Assembly (NCBI GenBank): GCA_976226885.1
Contig: OZ320316.1
Span: 79,670,001 to 79,734,000, forward strand
From: Iphione sp. A-MEVVRFRX5
Taxonomy: Eukaryota
Direction: 5' to 3'
DNA: 64,000 nt
Shown: positions 46,111 to 59,267 of the stretch, in pieces
Numbering within the stretch: position 1 is the first letter of the stretch
Layout: each line of letters begins with the position of its first letter
Translations under genes and position numbers: made by a program
The notes under the pieces: model-generated
Database searches by the model: none
Told to the model about the DNA's origin: nothing
Seen by the model: the letters and a program-made list of their open reading frames with translations, nothing else

Positions 46111-49100
46111 TTGCAATGAATAAGGCTCTGGTTTGATCAAAAATGATATTTTAATTTTCTTGCTAATGGTAAATTCTATACAAATATCTTATAGCCAAAT
46201 GGACTTCTAAATTGAAGATCACCGTCCTATCTGGTGTGACTTCATCAAATCTGCTCTCAAATTAAGAATGGAAGCTGGGGGATTATAAACACTGTTGTAA
46301 ATTAAACGTGGATTTTCAAGTATTATCCCAAGCAAATGATGTTTTACTAAAAAAAAAATAGAAAGGTTGAGAAACTGCACAATTTCCTTCTGTGGCATGG
46401 CAAGTCATGAATAAACAGGTCATGTCATGTCTGTCACTGGTCAGGGAGCATTCAGATAATTATGTTGCTGAATGTTAAATGTTCCAGGAACAATTTCCGC
46501 GAAAATTACTTCCCAAATTAAGATTTAAGTATCCCGACACCAAGTAAAGTATGGCGCGAAACTGAAAATTGGATACGGAAGCAAAAATTGAAAGTAACTA
46601 ACTTATCTACTTTCCCCATTTTTTTACATGATTCGTTCAGAGAGATCCACCCCCCCCCCCCGCCTTGTCCGAAAGTCGGTAAAAAATTGTCACTTGAGAA
46701 GATCCGAAAATGAAGCTGTTGACGTCACAGAGACAGGAAGGTGGCGGAGAGATGGGTGAGGTGTCTCTCAGCGCCGGACAACTACATGGACGACCAACTC
46801 CGTCTGTGATGAGACTCGGATTCAGGTGTGCTCGTTGGCACCTCGGCGTGTGCCGTTCACACCAGCAGGCCAAGTCACACCTCGAAGGGGGTGGCCAAAG
46901 TCTCCATAAGATGGCACACACACCAGGGACGTGTGATGTGTCAGGGAGAGAAGTGAAGCAAGGGTGCCACTTAGAATATGTCACATGCTATACGTTGAGA
47001 CTTCAAAGGCTACATGCATTTCAAATTTAATTCCCCGATATCATACTAAGAGGTCTTTTCGGTCCTTAGTTTACATTCACTCGGTCAGCTTTAATCGAAA
47101 AGGCAAAGCGCTAAAATATTTATGAATAACGTTCTCCTTCTTATCATACAAAATTTAAATGGTCGTTCCTTGGTGAAAGAGTGTTCAAGAGTTCGACCAA
47201 TGCACGTACGTGTATACATACTTATTTCCCTGGTCTCCCTCTTACTGTGTTGGTCTTAATGACCTTAGCTACTAGAAGGATTCCATCCAGATAGTATACA
47301 AATACCATTTTAATGGACTTTCGAAAGATGAAGGAATGGAGGACTAGACGGGAAGTTGCTGGAAAGGCGGTTTTGGGGATGGATTCCTCCATATGCCTGG
47401 GCAAGTGAGGCTGTGGAAGGCAGCTTTGTTTCACACGGGATTCCAGACGGCCGGCGATGGCCACGGGCGTGCTGATGTCTCTTTAATGGGCTTTTCGCAC
47501 GAAGGCCAGGGCTAAATGATAATCAATAGCGGCACGCAGGGAAAGGGTGGCGGGGAGTCCCTCTGAAAGGTACGCGAGTAAGAGGGGAAGCTGACTGAGA
47601 AAAGAGGTCAGCACGACCATCGTGAACCCAGCTTCCATGATCGTCGATTCCCTGAAGACGGCCATGCATATCCTTTGTTTATTTTCACTGTATGTTGTCA
47701 TGCATGTTGGCCAATTTGTAGTCGGCTCTCGAGATGGCATGCAATCGTGTTTAAATACGATAAGTAACCGACAACTTAACGTCCGTATTGTACACGTGTA
47801 GACGTAACATGACGGTGATTCCCCATGCCTGTTCAAATTCTACTACATTACTGAATATTGCCATCAATATGTCCGCGGATACTTGAAATCATGGAATACT
47901 GTGTTAAATCTTTTCAAGAAGAAAAAAAACAACTCCTTACTTCGTACTTGGTGTAACAAATGCGTCACGGATATACGTGATTGTTACCTGTATCCATAAT
48001 ACATGCAAGGAAAACACTATCTGCCAACATCCACTGTCGTCGTGCAGCTTTCGTGTAGACGTTACACTACACCCGCACACTGTTATAAGCCTATCTATGG
48101 CAGAAAACTGCAGGAAAACCTCTCACAGGATGCTATCCAAGATGGAGACAGTCATCAGTCACTTTTAAATTGACACGTATTTTTCACGTGTTGTTTCGTC
48201 TCCGAGCCTTGTCCATTACAAGGCGGATCTCTTGATTTTGAGACCGATACGCGAAACACTCTGGAGATCCATATCCCCTAAGGAAGATGTTCTCTAGAGC
48301 ATTTGAATGTGCAGTACCTTAGAAAAATCTCATTGCACCTGCGAAGTAAAGAGATACCCGAACCTTGGCCGCGTAATTACCGGTGCTTTCCATCCAATGC
48401 CTGAACCACAGCTCTCTTGCAAAAGGCTTGGTTCTCATTTCAAAGCAAGTCCATCATTTCAGTTCGCCGCTGTAGCGGGACTTCTACGAGTCAGCGAATA
48501 GCTAGGATTTCAGCCCTTTTCTTGAGATATCCCTTTCCAAAGTAATTGGGCTGAAAAATCAGTGAAATGCCCTTTCCTTAAATGCCTCTGGTGTTTTACA
48601 GGAACGCTGAGAAAGCAAATATTCACAAAAATATTCTTTAATCAATAAGATCGTTCGATGCATATCTACGTTTGATGCACGCTTTCCCTATACTACTTAA
48701 TGAAACAGGTCCCTATACTACTTACATTCTCAGAGTGAACATCATATATGAAGAATGTCAGATGATTAATATAAGGCTTCAACCGTAAATGATTTTCTCA
48801 TGAATTGTAATGTTAATAACAAAAATGTTTTACAGATAGTTACATTTTGAAAAATTGAGGGTATTGCCCTCAGACATTTCCCTCTACTTTACCAAAGTAT
48901 TATGTACATGTACATTGTAAACACACTTTCACTGCTTGTGCATTACTTCATATTGCTATCATTTACCTAATACTACTATGTATGTCTCCAGATTATAATT
49001 ATTTTTAAAAAGTAAATTCATCCGTGAATTCTATTGGAGCGCGATGCTTGTGGTATAGGTAAAAGAAATAACTAAGACACATGTGTGTCGATGTTGCTTG

Positions 49101-49929
49101 TCTGGCTTACCTGCATAGAACTGCGCACCTGTGTCGAACAAGGGAATATTTCTATAACATCGTTTATGTATAACCACTACAAAGGTGAAGGAACATGTAC
49201 GAGGAGAGACAGTCATCTTACGACCCAAAATCATGAATGCCTGCGAGTGTAGTTTTGGTCCCCGCCTCCTCCCTGTCTGATGAATGAGAAGTTTCCGTGT
49301 CGCTAGTGCTGGCTGTCATTAGAGCTCCATTAGATGAGATCTGCCTTTAAAGATTTTGACGTGGTGAACCGGTAGGATTCGCCCTGTTCAGGAATACGGC
49401 TGTCCCCTTGCCAGTCAGCCACGCTCAGACACGTGCAGTTCGCTCTAACATGAAAGCAACCCCCGCTGGGAGAGGGGAAAGGAGGATGCGAAGCCGGTGC
49501 AATAAAGATGGTCGTATTTCTGTGACCCGACCTCTCTCGACGCTTAGGCCTTCCATCGACACCGCTACTGGGAGTCACATAAAGATGGCCCTTTGGTGAC
49601 CATCTGGAAACTTCTTATGAGCAGACACGAAGAGCTGCCACAAAGGAGTCTTTGTGTATCAATGCTGGTTATTATCAATAATAACTTTATTATGAGAGCA
49701 ATGACCAATTCCTTTGGATTATATGCACATGCCGGCAAAATGTCCAAAGAGATTGTTTATGATAATACGAAAAACACTGAAAGTTAAACCTAATTTCAAT
49801 AATCCTGATAAAGATACAAACATAAAAATACATTAATAAATATCTGATATCCTACTCATTACGTTACGTCCCATGCATTAAACTTTTAGATGGAATACGG
49901 TTTAGATACCTATATTATTTGAAGGTTTA

Positions 49930-50470
49930 TCACCTCGCCTTTTCAGTTTTAGTAAAAGTAGGATTACTACAGGAAGCTGCATTCTGTAAGTTTTCTGTAT
50001 AGGAGAGATAAGCATCTGTTTAACGCTGATTTAGGAAAAAGATTCTTTCAGGCTTTTGTTAGCCCACATTTAGATTATGGCCTCCCCTTTTCATATGCAG
50101 CGTGGAGTAGATATGGGAAAATTAAAAGTGGCATGGTACAGAGCTATCAGATGCTGTATAATGACAGGCTGGATAAGTAGGGAGGTATCAGAGAATGGCT
50201 AGAGGAAAATAGCGTTAGGAATGTGCAAGCTAGGGTGTCATATTTACTCCTATTATTGGTCACTGACTTATATGCTTTATCGTTTTGTCCTATCAGGGGA
50301 CAAATCAGTACATAAATGGGGAGGAGTATACAGTTGGAAACGATGAGGCCAAAGGCAGACGTGTATAAGAGCATATATTGTGGGTGCCTGCTGTGGAACA
50401 AAAATTCTTGGAGAAGTGAGCAGCTAGCCAAGGATTTTAAAAAATTATTTAAACCACTCTAGTTTAAGTA
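49930..50470 (+). mobile_element. Decayed 3' fragment of an L2/CR1-type LINE (post-RT region)
   Basis: Frame-broken peptides KRFFQAFVSPHLDYG and QLETMRPKADVYKSIYCGCLLWNK resemble the LxxPHL(D/E)Y and YxGxxLWN motifs of CR1/L2 ORF2 C-termini. Confidence 0.7.
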
Positions 50471-53400
50471 TAGTCAGCCAAGAATAGATATTGGCTGAGT
50501 GTATTTTTGAAAAACCAAATTTATATACATGTATTTGTAATATAAGTTGCTCAATAAAAATTTATCAAAACAAAAGAAACATCTTTCTTTATGGCAGAAT
50601 TTTTCTAGCATTAACCTCTCAGTTGTACAATTTCTGGATTCATTAGCTGATACTCCATCGTTCGAGCCTTTAATTAAAGCCTAATATCTTACAGCTGAGC
50701 TCATTATACAGGTAGACAGGTTCGTGTGCTTTATTTCGACTATTGAATATGTATTTTGAGGACAGGTGTGTCTGCCCATAGGCCGCATCAAAATGGTTTG
50801 TAGAACATTTGGCATGGGACTGGTGGGCAGCTGTCTTTTACCTGATGATATTAGGAACCGCAGTAGTGAACCGACCACAGGTTTCATGTAGGCGGGACGC
50901 GTGACTCAGTGCGAAGGACAACAAAACTGTTCGACCGCCGTTCTACGTCTCTCGATCGGTCGCATCACCATGGAAACCGAAGAGTCCGAGCGGCATCTTC
51001 TAATTGAGTCTCCGGATGTCGATGTCCGTGACAAGACGGTCGCTCTGGGTTTCCAGGAGAGGAGACGAGGACCGGATGTCATGCAAGATTTCATCCTTTG
51101 CTTCTGTGCCTCACTGACTTTTACGCTTGTGCGATACACGAGGGGCCGGCACAGATGATGACAAAGGGGTATATTTCGATTTGTATTGTTCTCACAGCAC
51201 CCCCTCCCTCTATAAAGATACATCTGTGTGCATGTATGTATGTATGTATATACTTATGTATACAGTAATACTTCAATGTCCCTCTTTGTTACAGTGAGAA
51301 CAAAGATATCCATGGGCAATGTATATGAAAGATAACACAACAAACATAATGACAACTAAAGGTATAACATATAGACAGAAGAGCGTATAGACAGACATAT
51401 AGTAGTGAAGATAACAAACATAGGGCAATTAGTGATGGAATGACTAAGGCAGGACAATACATAGCATGTGACAATCCAACAGAGTACAATCACATTTCAT
51501 AAGATACATTAGGTGGTAATGTACATTGGACACATACAGTATCAAACACGCACACAAATAATACGCCACACTTGTACATCACTGGATGGCTCATCAACAG
51601 ACAATAGTTATAGAATCGCATGTAACAATACATGTATATCCAATATGAATGAGTCTCATATCTACATGTACATGCATACATGCGTATGGAGTATGTGAGT
51701 GAAACACTATCGTTCCATGATCTCTACCGGTAGGTATAAAGGAGATTGTCTTAGTCTCGGTGTACTAAATGGAGCAGGCGGTATAGGATAGGTAGTTTGT
51801 CTGCATTAGCTGAGATGTTCACTGTTTGTTGTTCAATTGTAGTCTGCGTGCTCGAATATTTAGAATGAATTGTACGGCGTCTATTAGACAGATAACGTAT
51901 TCTAGTAATGACAGTCTCGACAAAACTTTCTAGGGGGTCCGTAACCTATGGATCTTCTGTGATTGTCAGTCATAAAACAAAGGGAAAAAAATTCCCGTAA
52001 GAGGCATATTCTGAGTCGTATGATCATTGGTATTAAGACCTTACTTGAGTGAATTGGTCTACTGCTGTATACGCAAAGATGTTTTCTCATTCATAGTTAA
52101 CCGTTTGCTGATTGTCAATACTAGTCATATTTCCATCGAAGGACAGGACTAAATCAAATTGATTATATCAGCATCCAACTAATCACTGTACAAACAGGGG
52201 AGTAGAGAGTGGAGTTGTGGTGAGATACCACCCCACCCCCCGAAAAATTCAAATTGACAGACTGAGTCTGCAAATTCACAGACCAAGCAGAAAACCTGTA
52301 CGGGTCCACGACCGCCCGAAATGCTGGCTTGGCTACGGCCTGCGTACAAACAACTAACGTGTATGTGGGACTTCAAAATGAACTACATGTACATGTAGGA
52401 AACTGTCAAATTAGGATAAGGTTAAGTAATTTTGTCAGAAACCTTTAGTGGGCAGGTAGTTGGGCTTGTGTTTATTCATAAAGAATTGGTGTTTTGGAAC
52501 TGATAAGGTGCGAATCGGTAGGCTATGTTTTACGATAAGCGAGTGTCCTCATATTTGACACTCATCACATTTTCGACAGTCGATGTTCTCTATTTTTCGT
52601 TGCACAAAGTCTTTATCAAAAACTTTACTATTTAATATCAGTAGGCCTACAAACAAGCAAGAAATATGCTGCATTCTGCCCTTTAGTGGCAGATGGACTG
52701 TCCACATTACTAGGCATCTGATGTGCGTAATTTTAGTTCCAACAATGCATGCGAAGGACTACAGAAACTTTGAACAAGTAATTTGACCCTTTTTTGATTA
52801 AATAAAAACTGTTACTGATAATGACAGCGTTCATAATAACCCCACCTCATCAATAAAAAGGGACAGGAATTCCTTACGTAAGGCCGGAGAGACATTTAGC
52901 AATTTATTTCTATTTTCGTGGTAAAAGGAAACACCTAAAACCTCTTTTTTCCATTTAAAAAGTCAAGAAATACTAGGAAGCTTATAGTGAGTCTGGAAAT
53001 GATCGATTATTCTGATCGCTCACGATTCTTTGTTTTTCTCCATATGCGGCCTCATGCAGAAACACCAAATCGTGAACGAAACGAAATGCGAAAAAGTAAA
53101 AATGAAGCAAAAAATGTTGCCGTTGGCATCAACACGAAGTCAGATGAGATCCGTCAGGTTTTCATTAAGTGGATTAAGTTACCAAATGCCATTCCTGCAG
53201 AGCAACCTGCCCCCGACTGACATGACCGAAGGCCTCTGGAAATGAATTGAAGGTGTGGAAGACCTCACAATATTTGCACAGGTTTCAATCAAAATACACG
53301 TGTATGGAATAGAATTACACCTCTTTGTAAAAGATGATCACAAACGTCCTGATTAGTATCCAAAAATCTCCATTTTTTCGGGCTGCCTGCTGATAATTTT

Positions 53401-55085
53401 TGCATTTGGTGAGGTAGTGGCGGACAAAAACCCACGCGTCTCCGTCATTGTCTGTCTATACGCGGTGAATGTCTCCGTTGAATGTCTTCACTTTCACTTT
53501 CGCAACGTTTTTGTTTGGGAGTATATATTAGTCTGTGATGATGGAGGAAAATCTAAACCAATTCCATAAATGTGTGATAATGTACATTAAACCCTTTGCA
53601 TCAACTCACAAAATAAGCCTCTGTGTCCCGTGATCTTCCCCGTTGAATCTTCAGTGTCATGTGGCGGCATCTAGCGTTAAATGATAAACCTTTGTGAGAA
53701 TAACTGACGTGGCTGAGACCAGTATAAAGACATTAAACGCAAAAAAAACATATGATATTCTGATAAGGTTTACGTCTAGGACTACAAGTTACTATTGCTG
53801 ACTTTGTGAGCTGCTTGGATGGTGCCACTCAGGTTCATGTAGGCTTACCTAGATTTTTTATTGCTGTCCATTCGGCGCTTACCGACAAGAGTCAGTTTAG
53901 GTTCAGCCATATATACCAGCAAACATGGTGCCAATCTCCATGCTAATATAATCAGCGATTCTAAAGAATAAAAAATCACAGGCAGAGATTTCAACGTTGC
54001 TAAGTTGCATCATCCAACTGCTGCTTTTCACTGTATATTTTCTCCTCACTAGGCCTGAATGGTCACTTAGATAGGTGTGGAGTTCGGATTCAACACTCAC
54101 CTAGTCACCATTGATCAATATGTTCCAGTATGAATCTACTATTTTTACTTCAATCATGATTACCTTGACCGGGTAGTTAACTAATTTCCAGAAATAGTCC
54201 CTACCATAGCTGTCTCATTTTTCCTCTTGCCCTCTCATTTCTTCTTTTTTTCCCCACAATCAATGTGAATAACGATGGTCCGGGTCGCCCTAGATGGTCA
54301 ACAGTCAAGAATTTTACCGTTAAACAGTGGAGGGCTGTTACAGTTTTTAGCTTTAATCGTATTTAATATCACTCAGAGAAACGATTTATAAATAACAGGG
54401 TGTACTGTAACTGACACCATGTGAATCACTGATAGAGTGTCTTTCACCCTGTCAAATTCTGACAGTTTGGCCCACTAAATTGAAGAGGCAATAATTTCAC
54501 GAATACAATATTATTCAGCAAAGTAACCATGCAAACACAATTTCGTGTGATTAAGAATATACATGTGTCGACAGATATGCATGGCATGTGTTTTGATGAA
54601 GGAATCATTAATATTTCAGAGTGACCAGGAAGATAGGCCTACTGAATTAAACCCTCTTTTAACTCATTAAGTGGTGTTTTACTGCCGATTCAGCTTTATA
54701 CACGTCCGACACTTACCATATGATTGATCACTACGTTTTATGTCAATCCATGCCCTATAATGTTTGCCATAGTAAACATATAAATGAACCATCATACCGC
54801 CTAACTTCTCAGATCATGGAGCCAATTCAAAGGAATGGTACATTTGTTTTCAGTGTAAATGTGTGCGTCAAAGAAGGCGGTTAATTGTATATTTTATGCC
54901 ACGACGCCATTCTAAATGCAGATGAGTCGTTTGGTCAATATCTGTCAGAGTACCAATATGGGGATCACCATTTCAAATAAAATACAGTTGAATGCCAGTT
55001 TGCGACTTTCTCTCCATTCTGAGCTCAAGCGGTTGCATTAATAGTTTTGCTTGCAATGTGGTCTTTAGTTTTGGCTTTTAGGGGG

Positions 55086-55240
55086 GCTGAGTTTGCATGG
55101 ATTTTGCCATTTTGCAGCCCATTTGCATGAATGTTGCCATATTCAGCCAAATTTGCATGAATTTTTTACTTTTTTGGCCTAATTCACATTAATTTCACTA
55201 TTTTTCTTCCAAATTTGCATGAGTTTTGCTATTTTACAGT
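55086..55240. repeat. Imperfect ~31-bp tandem repeat carrying TTTGCATG/ATTTGCAT
   Basis: Repeated units such as agcccatttgcatgaatgttgcc, agccaaatttgcatgaatt and ccaaatttgcatgagttttgc. Confidence 0.75.
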
Positions 55241-55620
55241 ATGAACAGTGTAAATAAACCCACAGATTCATTGTATAAACCTGCCAATTCATGGTATAAA
55301 CCCAGATAATATCTCTGGTTGCTTGTAGACAACGAATATCCATTCAGCGCCTTCAGCATTGACATCTAGGAGGTTGAGGTGACATCTCTGGGCACTAACA
55401 GGCATACATATCCAATAGAAATGACCCTAAGGCAGAGTTGCACGCTGGTTTACTCATAAAATGGTTTGGTCGCATAATGGTATGTTGATACATAAGGTAA
55501 TAGAGCCAAATATTTCTGTTTTGACCTTATATGGTTGTATTGACGGTTTTGATCACTAAACAGTAAGTTAATTAACCTGCATTTGACTAGAAACTAAGCT
55601 TCGGAGGCAAACACACATAA

Positions 55621-55675
55621 ACAAAGGCTCTCTTGATGAAAGTCGGAGGCAGGTCCGAAACGCCGACCACTTTGT
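55621..55675 (+). ncRNA. Degenerate minimal type I hammerhead ribozyme (Penelope-like element relic)
   Basis: Core TTGATGA (55633-55639), short stem II, GAAAC (55657-55661); helix I acaaag/ctttgt (55621-55626/55670-55675); core deviations C3>U and ACGC instead of ACGT. Confidence 0.55.
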
Positions 55676-56642
55676 AACCTAATAGTAATAGATCCCAACT
55701 TATACAATTGATGTCTCTGCATTTTTTCTTAACCTGGAGATTATGGACAACCCAAATATAGCAGTCTATAAGAATGTGTTTGACTGCATGTAAGGGCCAC
55801 TTTGATAAAATGTTTTTGGCAATGACATTAAACTCTGTCCCTTAGGTTTTCACCAGGTGGTAGCCCTTTCTATTGTGGAACGTAGTAGCACCCATAGCAT
55901 TTTGCTTACTATCGATCTTAGATGAAATTATTCTTTACTTTCGTAAATCCAGTATCATGTGGATATATTATATATTTACGTATCTTTCTTTTCGAAGGAA
56001 AAATATTTTGTCCTGGAGTTTAAGAATTAAAAACAATGTACAGGTGAGCCTCGCCAACCGGAGACGCAACAATAGGATTTCCTCCCTAACCCCAAACAAA
56101 TCAAATTATCAAGTGTTTCTCTGATTCGGTGTACGTCAATATTGCCTCTCGTTTCCACTGCTTGAAGAAATAGTCGCATTATATGGTAAATAATGTACGA
56201 ATTTACAAGTACATTATGAGTGTAATGGCCTGTCCGAGGACTTTATCTGATTTAAACCACCCCCTCCCAACTGACCGATGTACCGATTCAGTCAAGAGGG
56301 TTAGGTCCACCGAGGCATCAGCCGAGGTGGTTTTCATGCCTAGAGAGAGAAACAGGTGATTGTAAATGACTGTTTTCCCACACTGAGCGATTTGCCAACC
56401 TGGACACTCGTGATTTTGATTGATTTGTAGAAAGAGAGGGAGAAAGGGACTTAGTAGGCTGTGCATTATAGAGAGTCCCGAAAGTTTAATATACTGACGA
56501 CCCTGAGCAATTTGCGGACCCAGTTAAAAAGGTTTGATAGCTGTACATTAGGTGGCTCTCATGCCCTGGCTCTCGGTCATGGACAATCAAAAGGGATAGC
56601 CAAGGTGGCCGTCAACACACACACTCACTCACACACACATCT

Positions 56643-56890
56643 CAGTTTAGAAGGTTTTTGTGTGATTTGGGGATCAATTTAGGAGGTTTTTGTGCCATTT
56701 GGGATCAGTTTAGAAGGTTTTTGTGTGATTTGGAATCAGTGTAGAAGGTTTTTGTGTGATTTGGGGTCAGTTTAGAAGGTTTTTGTGTGATTTGGGATCC
56801 AGCTCCCGATCAGTTTAGAAGGTTTGGGAATTATTTAAAATCAGTCTAGAAGCAACTGAGCAATGTGACGGATCAGTGGAGAAGGTTTGG
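56643..56890. repeat. Minisatellite, 31-32-bp unit (cagtttagaaggtttttgtgtgatttgggat), ~5 good plus degenerate copies
   Basis: Read directly. Confidence 0.92.
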
Positions 56891-56937
56891 TGTCTACTGA
56901 AGTGATGACACTGTGTATTGGCTACTCACTCTGTATA

Positions 56938-57033
56938 GCCTCTGTGGTGCAATGGATAAGAGCGTCGGCCTTACATAGGATATGTGTGGAGAGACTGCTC
57001 ATGTGGCTGACCCAGGTTCGAATCCCCACCAAG
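56938..57033 (+). mobile_element. tRNA-derived SINE head / tRNA pseudogene
   Basis: A box TGGTGCAATGG, B box GGTTCGAATCC, residual anticodon stem TCGGC/GCTGA split by an ~30-nt insert; acceptor and T stems do not pair, so not a functional tRNA. Confidence 0.65.
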
Positions 57034-57290
57034 CTCTGACACATTTCGTCAGGCTACCTCAAGACAACAACACAGGCCTCCCGATAACAAAGAATCAACA
57101 GGACGATTACAGGATATAATGTACTCGGGGGGATGATAGGAACATAGAGAGAAAAGGATGGCAGGGGTGGTTTAATATTGGTATGAGGAACTGTTGTTGG
57201 CAATGGATTAACTCTTAGAAAATCATCGTTTTTACCCTCTTACGAGTTCTATGAAGTCAGCTCGTACATTATAAAAGTCTCCACACAATA

Positions 57291-59113
57291 ATGTATAATG
57301 CATTCGACCTTCTTATGTCTAACATGGCTGAGAACATGGATAGTAGTAGTGAGTCACTGGACGAGAATACTCTCTCCCAAATGAAAGTGTCTAGGGAAAT
57401 ATTTGAAGATTACGAAGAACCACAGCACACATCTACTCCAAACTTATCAGTTAGATTGGAAAAATCTCATGAGGACAGTATCACTAAAGAGAGGAAAGTG
57501 ATACTGGCAGCAGCAGGATCAGGTAAGAATTCCTTCATAATATATTATTATTTTTTGGTATATTGTATTATGCAGACAGCATTGGCAGATTTATGTTTGT
57601 ATCTCAACACTTCATTCATTCAATGCATTTCAATAAAAAATAATTCTTTTGTAGAGGCACAATTAGCATCTATGGAATGCATTTAGCCCATGCGTGATTT
57701 ATCTTCAGTGCGCTCATCTAATAATGCAGCGGAACCAAGTACAGATGCCTGGACAGGTACTATTATGGTGTATGATTGATATATGTGTGAACTTACATTG
57801 TTATTTACATTACAATTGCAATGTTAAAAACATATTCCGAATTATTTGTGTACAACCATAAAAAATAAGTGCGTTTTTAACAAGAAATTGTATTTCATCA
57901 GATAATTCTCCAGCAATTCCACCCAATGTCTCTGGAGCAAACAAGCAAACAGTTAGAGGATTGTGTCAAAAAGCGCATCCCCAAGTATACACATTCTGCA
58001 TCATCATGGACAGTAACAATATACAGAGATTGGCATTTGTGGAGGCAGTGGCAGGAGGGGAGTAAAGAGGATCCCAATTGGCCCATACCTCCATTGAATA
58101 CCAACAAGACTGAATTACTGACTACTAGTTGTCTCAGTTTATAATGGAAGTCACCAAAAAGGATGGGAGTGCCTATCCACCAGGTGAGAAAAAGAAACTT
58201 TATTTTTAATCATTTTATATCCAACAATATTGATAGAATATACACATGTACCCATTCTCTATTTTCATGTGATCACCTTGAAACTTGGTTAAGATTTGGA
58301 GAGCTATATGTGAAATAGTCTACAGAGAACAGACATTTCATTTGTATCGCTAGAAGACTCCAAAGTCCCAAAGTTCAAGGAGGCAGTAGCACATCGTTCT
58401 AATGCTCTAATTTAATAACAACAACCTGAACTGACCAACCTGAAGTGTTTTCTTGAAAATAAATTCATCATATCACACTAAGAAATTCTACATTATTTTT
58501 TCAGGTTCCTTGACCAGCATAGCTATTGGAATTCAAAGACATTGGAGAGATGATCAAGGTAGGAGGGAAGTGTGTGTTATTGAAAAAAGATGATCCCCAA
58601 TTCAAATTGTTTTAGGAATGCATTCGACGCACACCGAAAAGAGCTGATAGCTACAGGAATGGGTACACATCCTAAACGTGCAGATGTCATAACTGAAGAT
58701 GATGAGTGACAATTGTGGGATTCAGGCATTATCAACACCACTACAGCAAAGGGGTTATCACTTGGGGTAATTTTTTATAACTAAAATTTTGGGGTTTCAG
58801 GCAAGGGACGAGCACACCAATTTAGAAGTCACTCAGTACACCTTAGGGTTTGACATGAAAACAAAAAAGATTATCTTGTATATCATGGCAGGCTCTCAAA
58901 ACAAGTGACAGGTGCTAATGAGTGCAGATCTTTGCCCAGAATGATACGTCATTATAGCAGTCCCAATAACCCCAGATGTATAGTGACTGTCTTAAAAAAA
59001 TATCTTAAGGAGGTGCCTATGAAGGAAGACCATGGTCGAATCCCCAACAAAACTACAGCTACACCTCCAATAGAGCAAAATATCAACATAGAAAATACTC
59101 CTACGAAGAATTA
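57291..59113 (+). pseudogene. Intron-containing Crypton-like tyrosine-recombinase / DUF3504 (ZMYM-, KCTD1-, QRICH1-type) pseudogene
   Basis: Spliced fragments (57291-57522, 57655-57756, 57902-58183, 58505-59113) give KRIPKYTHSASSWTVTIYRDW, FIMEVTKKDGSAYPP|GSLTSIAIGIQRH, KELIATGMG..KRADVITEDDE*QLWDSG, ARDEHTNL and RHY...RCIVTVLKKYLKEVP; several stops and frameshifts. Confidence 0.85.
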
Positions 59114-59267
59114 ACAACAGTACAAATACATGATAAAATGAACTCAGGGAGATGATAGGAACATAGAGGGAAATGGGTGTCAGGGATGGTTTAAGTAAGA
59201 GAACACAGTGTAGAGTGACTAACATTATCCACACTTTATCCACATTTATCCACTCCCCGAAATTTGG

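Noticed and set aside
56643-56890. CRISPR-like array
   Set aside because: Units are contiguous with no unique spacers; ordinary minisatellite in eukaryotic DNA.
56938-57033. Intron-containing tRNA-Val(TAC) gene
   Set aside because: Acceptor, D and T stems fail to pair and the variable region is missing; treated as a SINE head or pseudogene.
59225-59253. Two perfect DnaA boxes (TTATCCACA) plus a near match
   Set aside because: Eukaryotic context; simply a 10-11-bp micro-tandem repeat beside other minisatellites.
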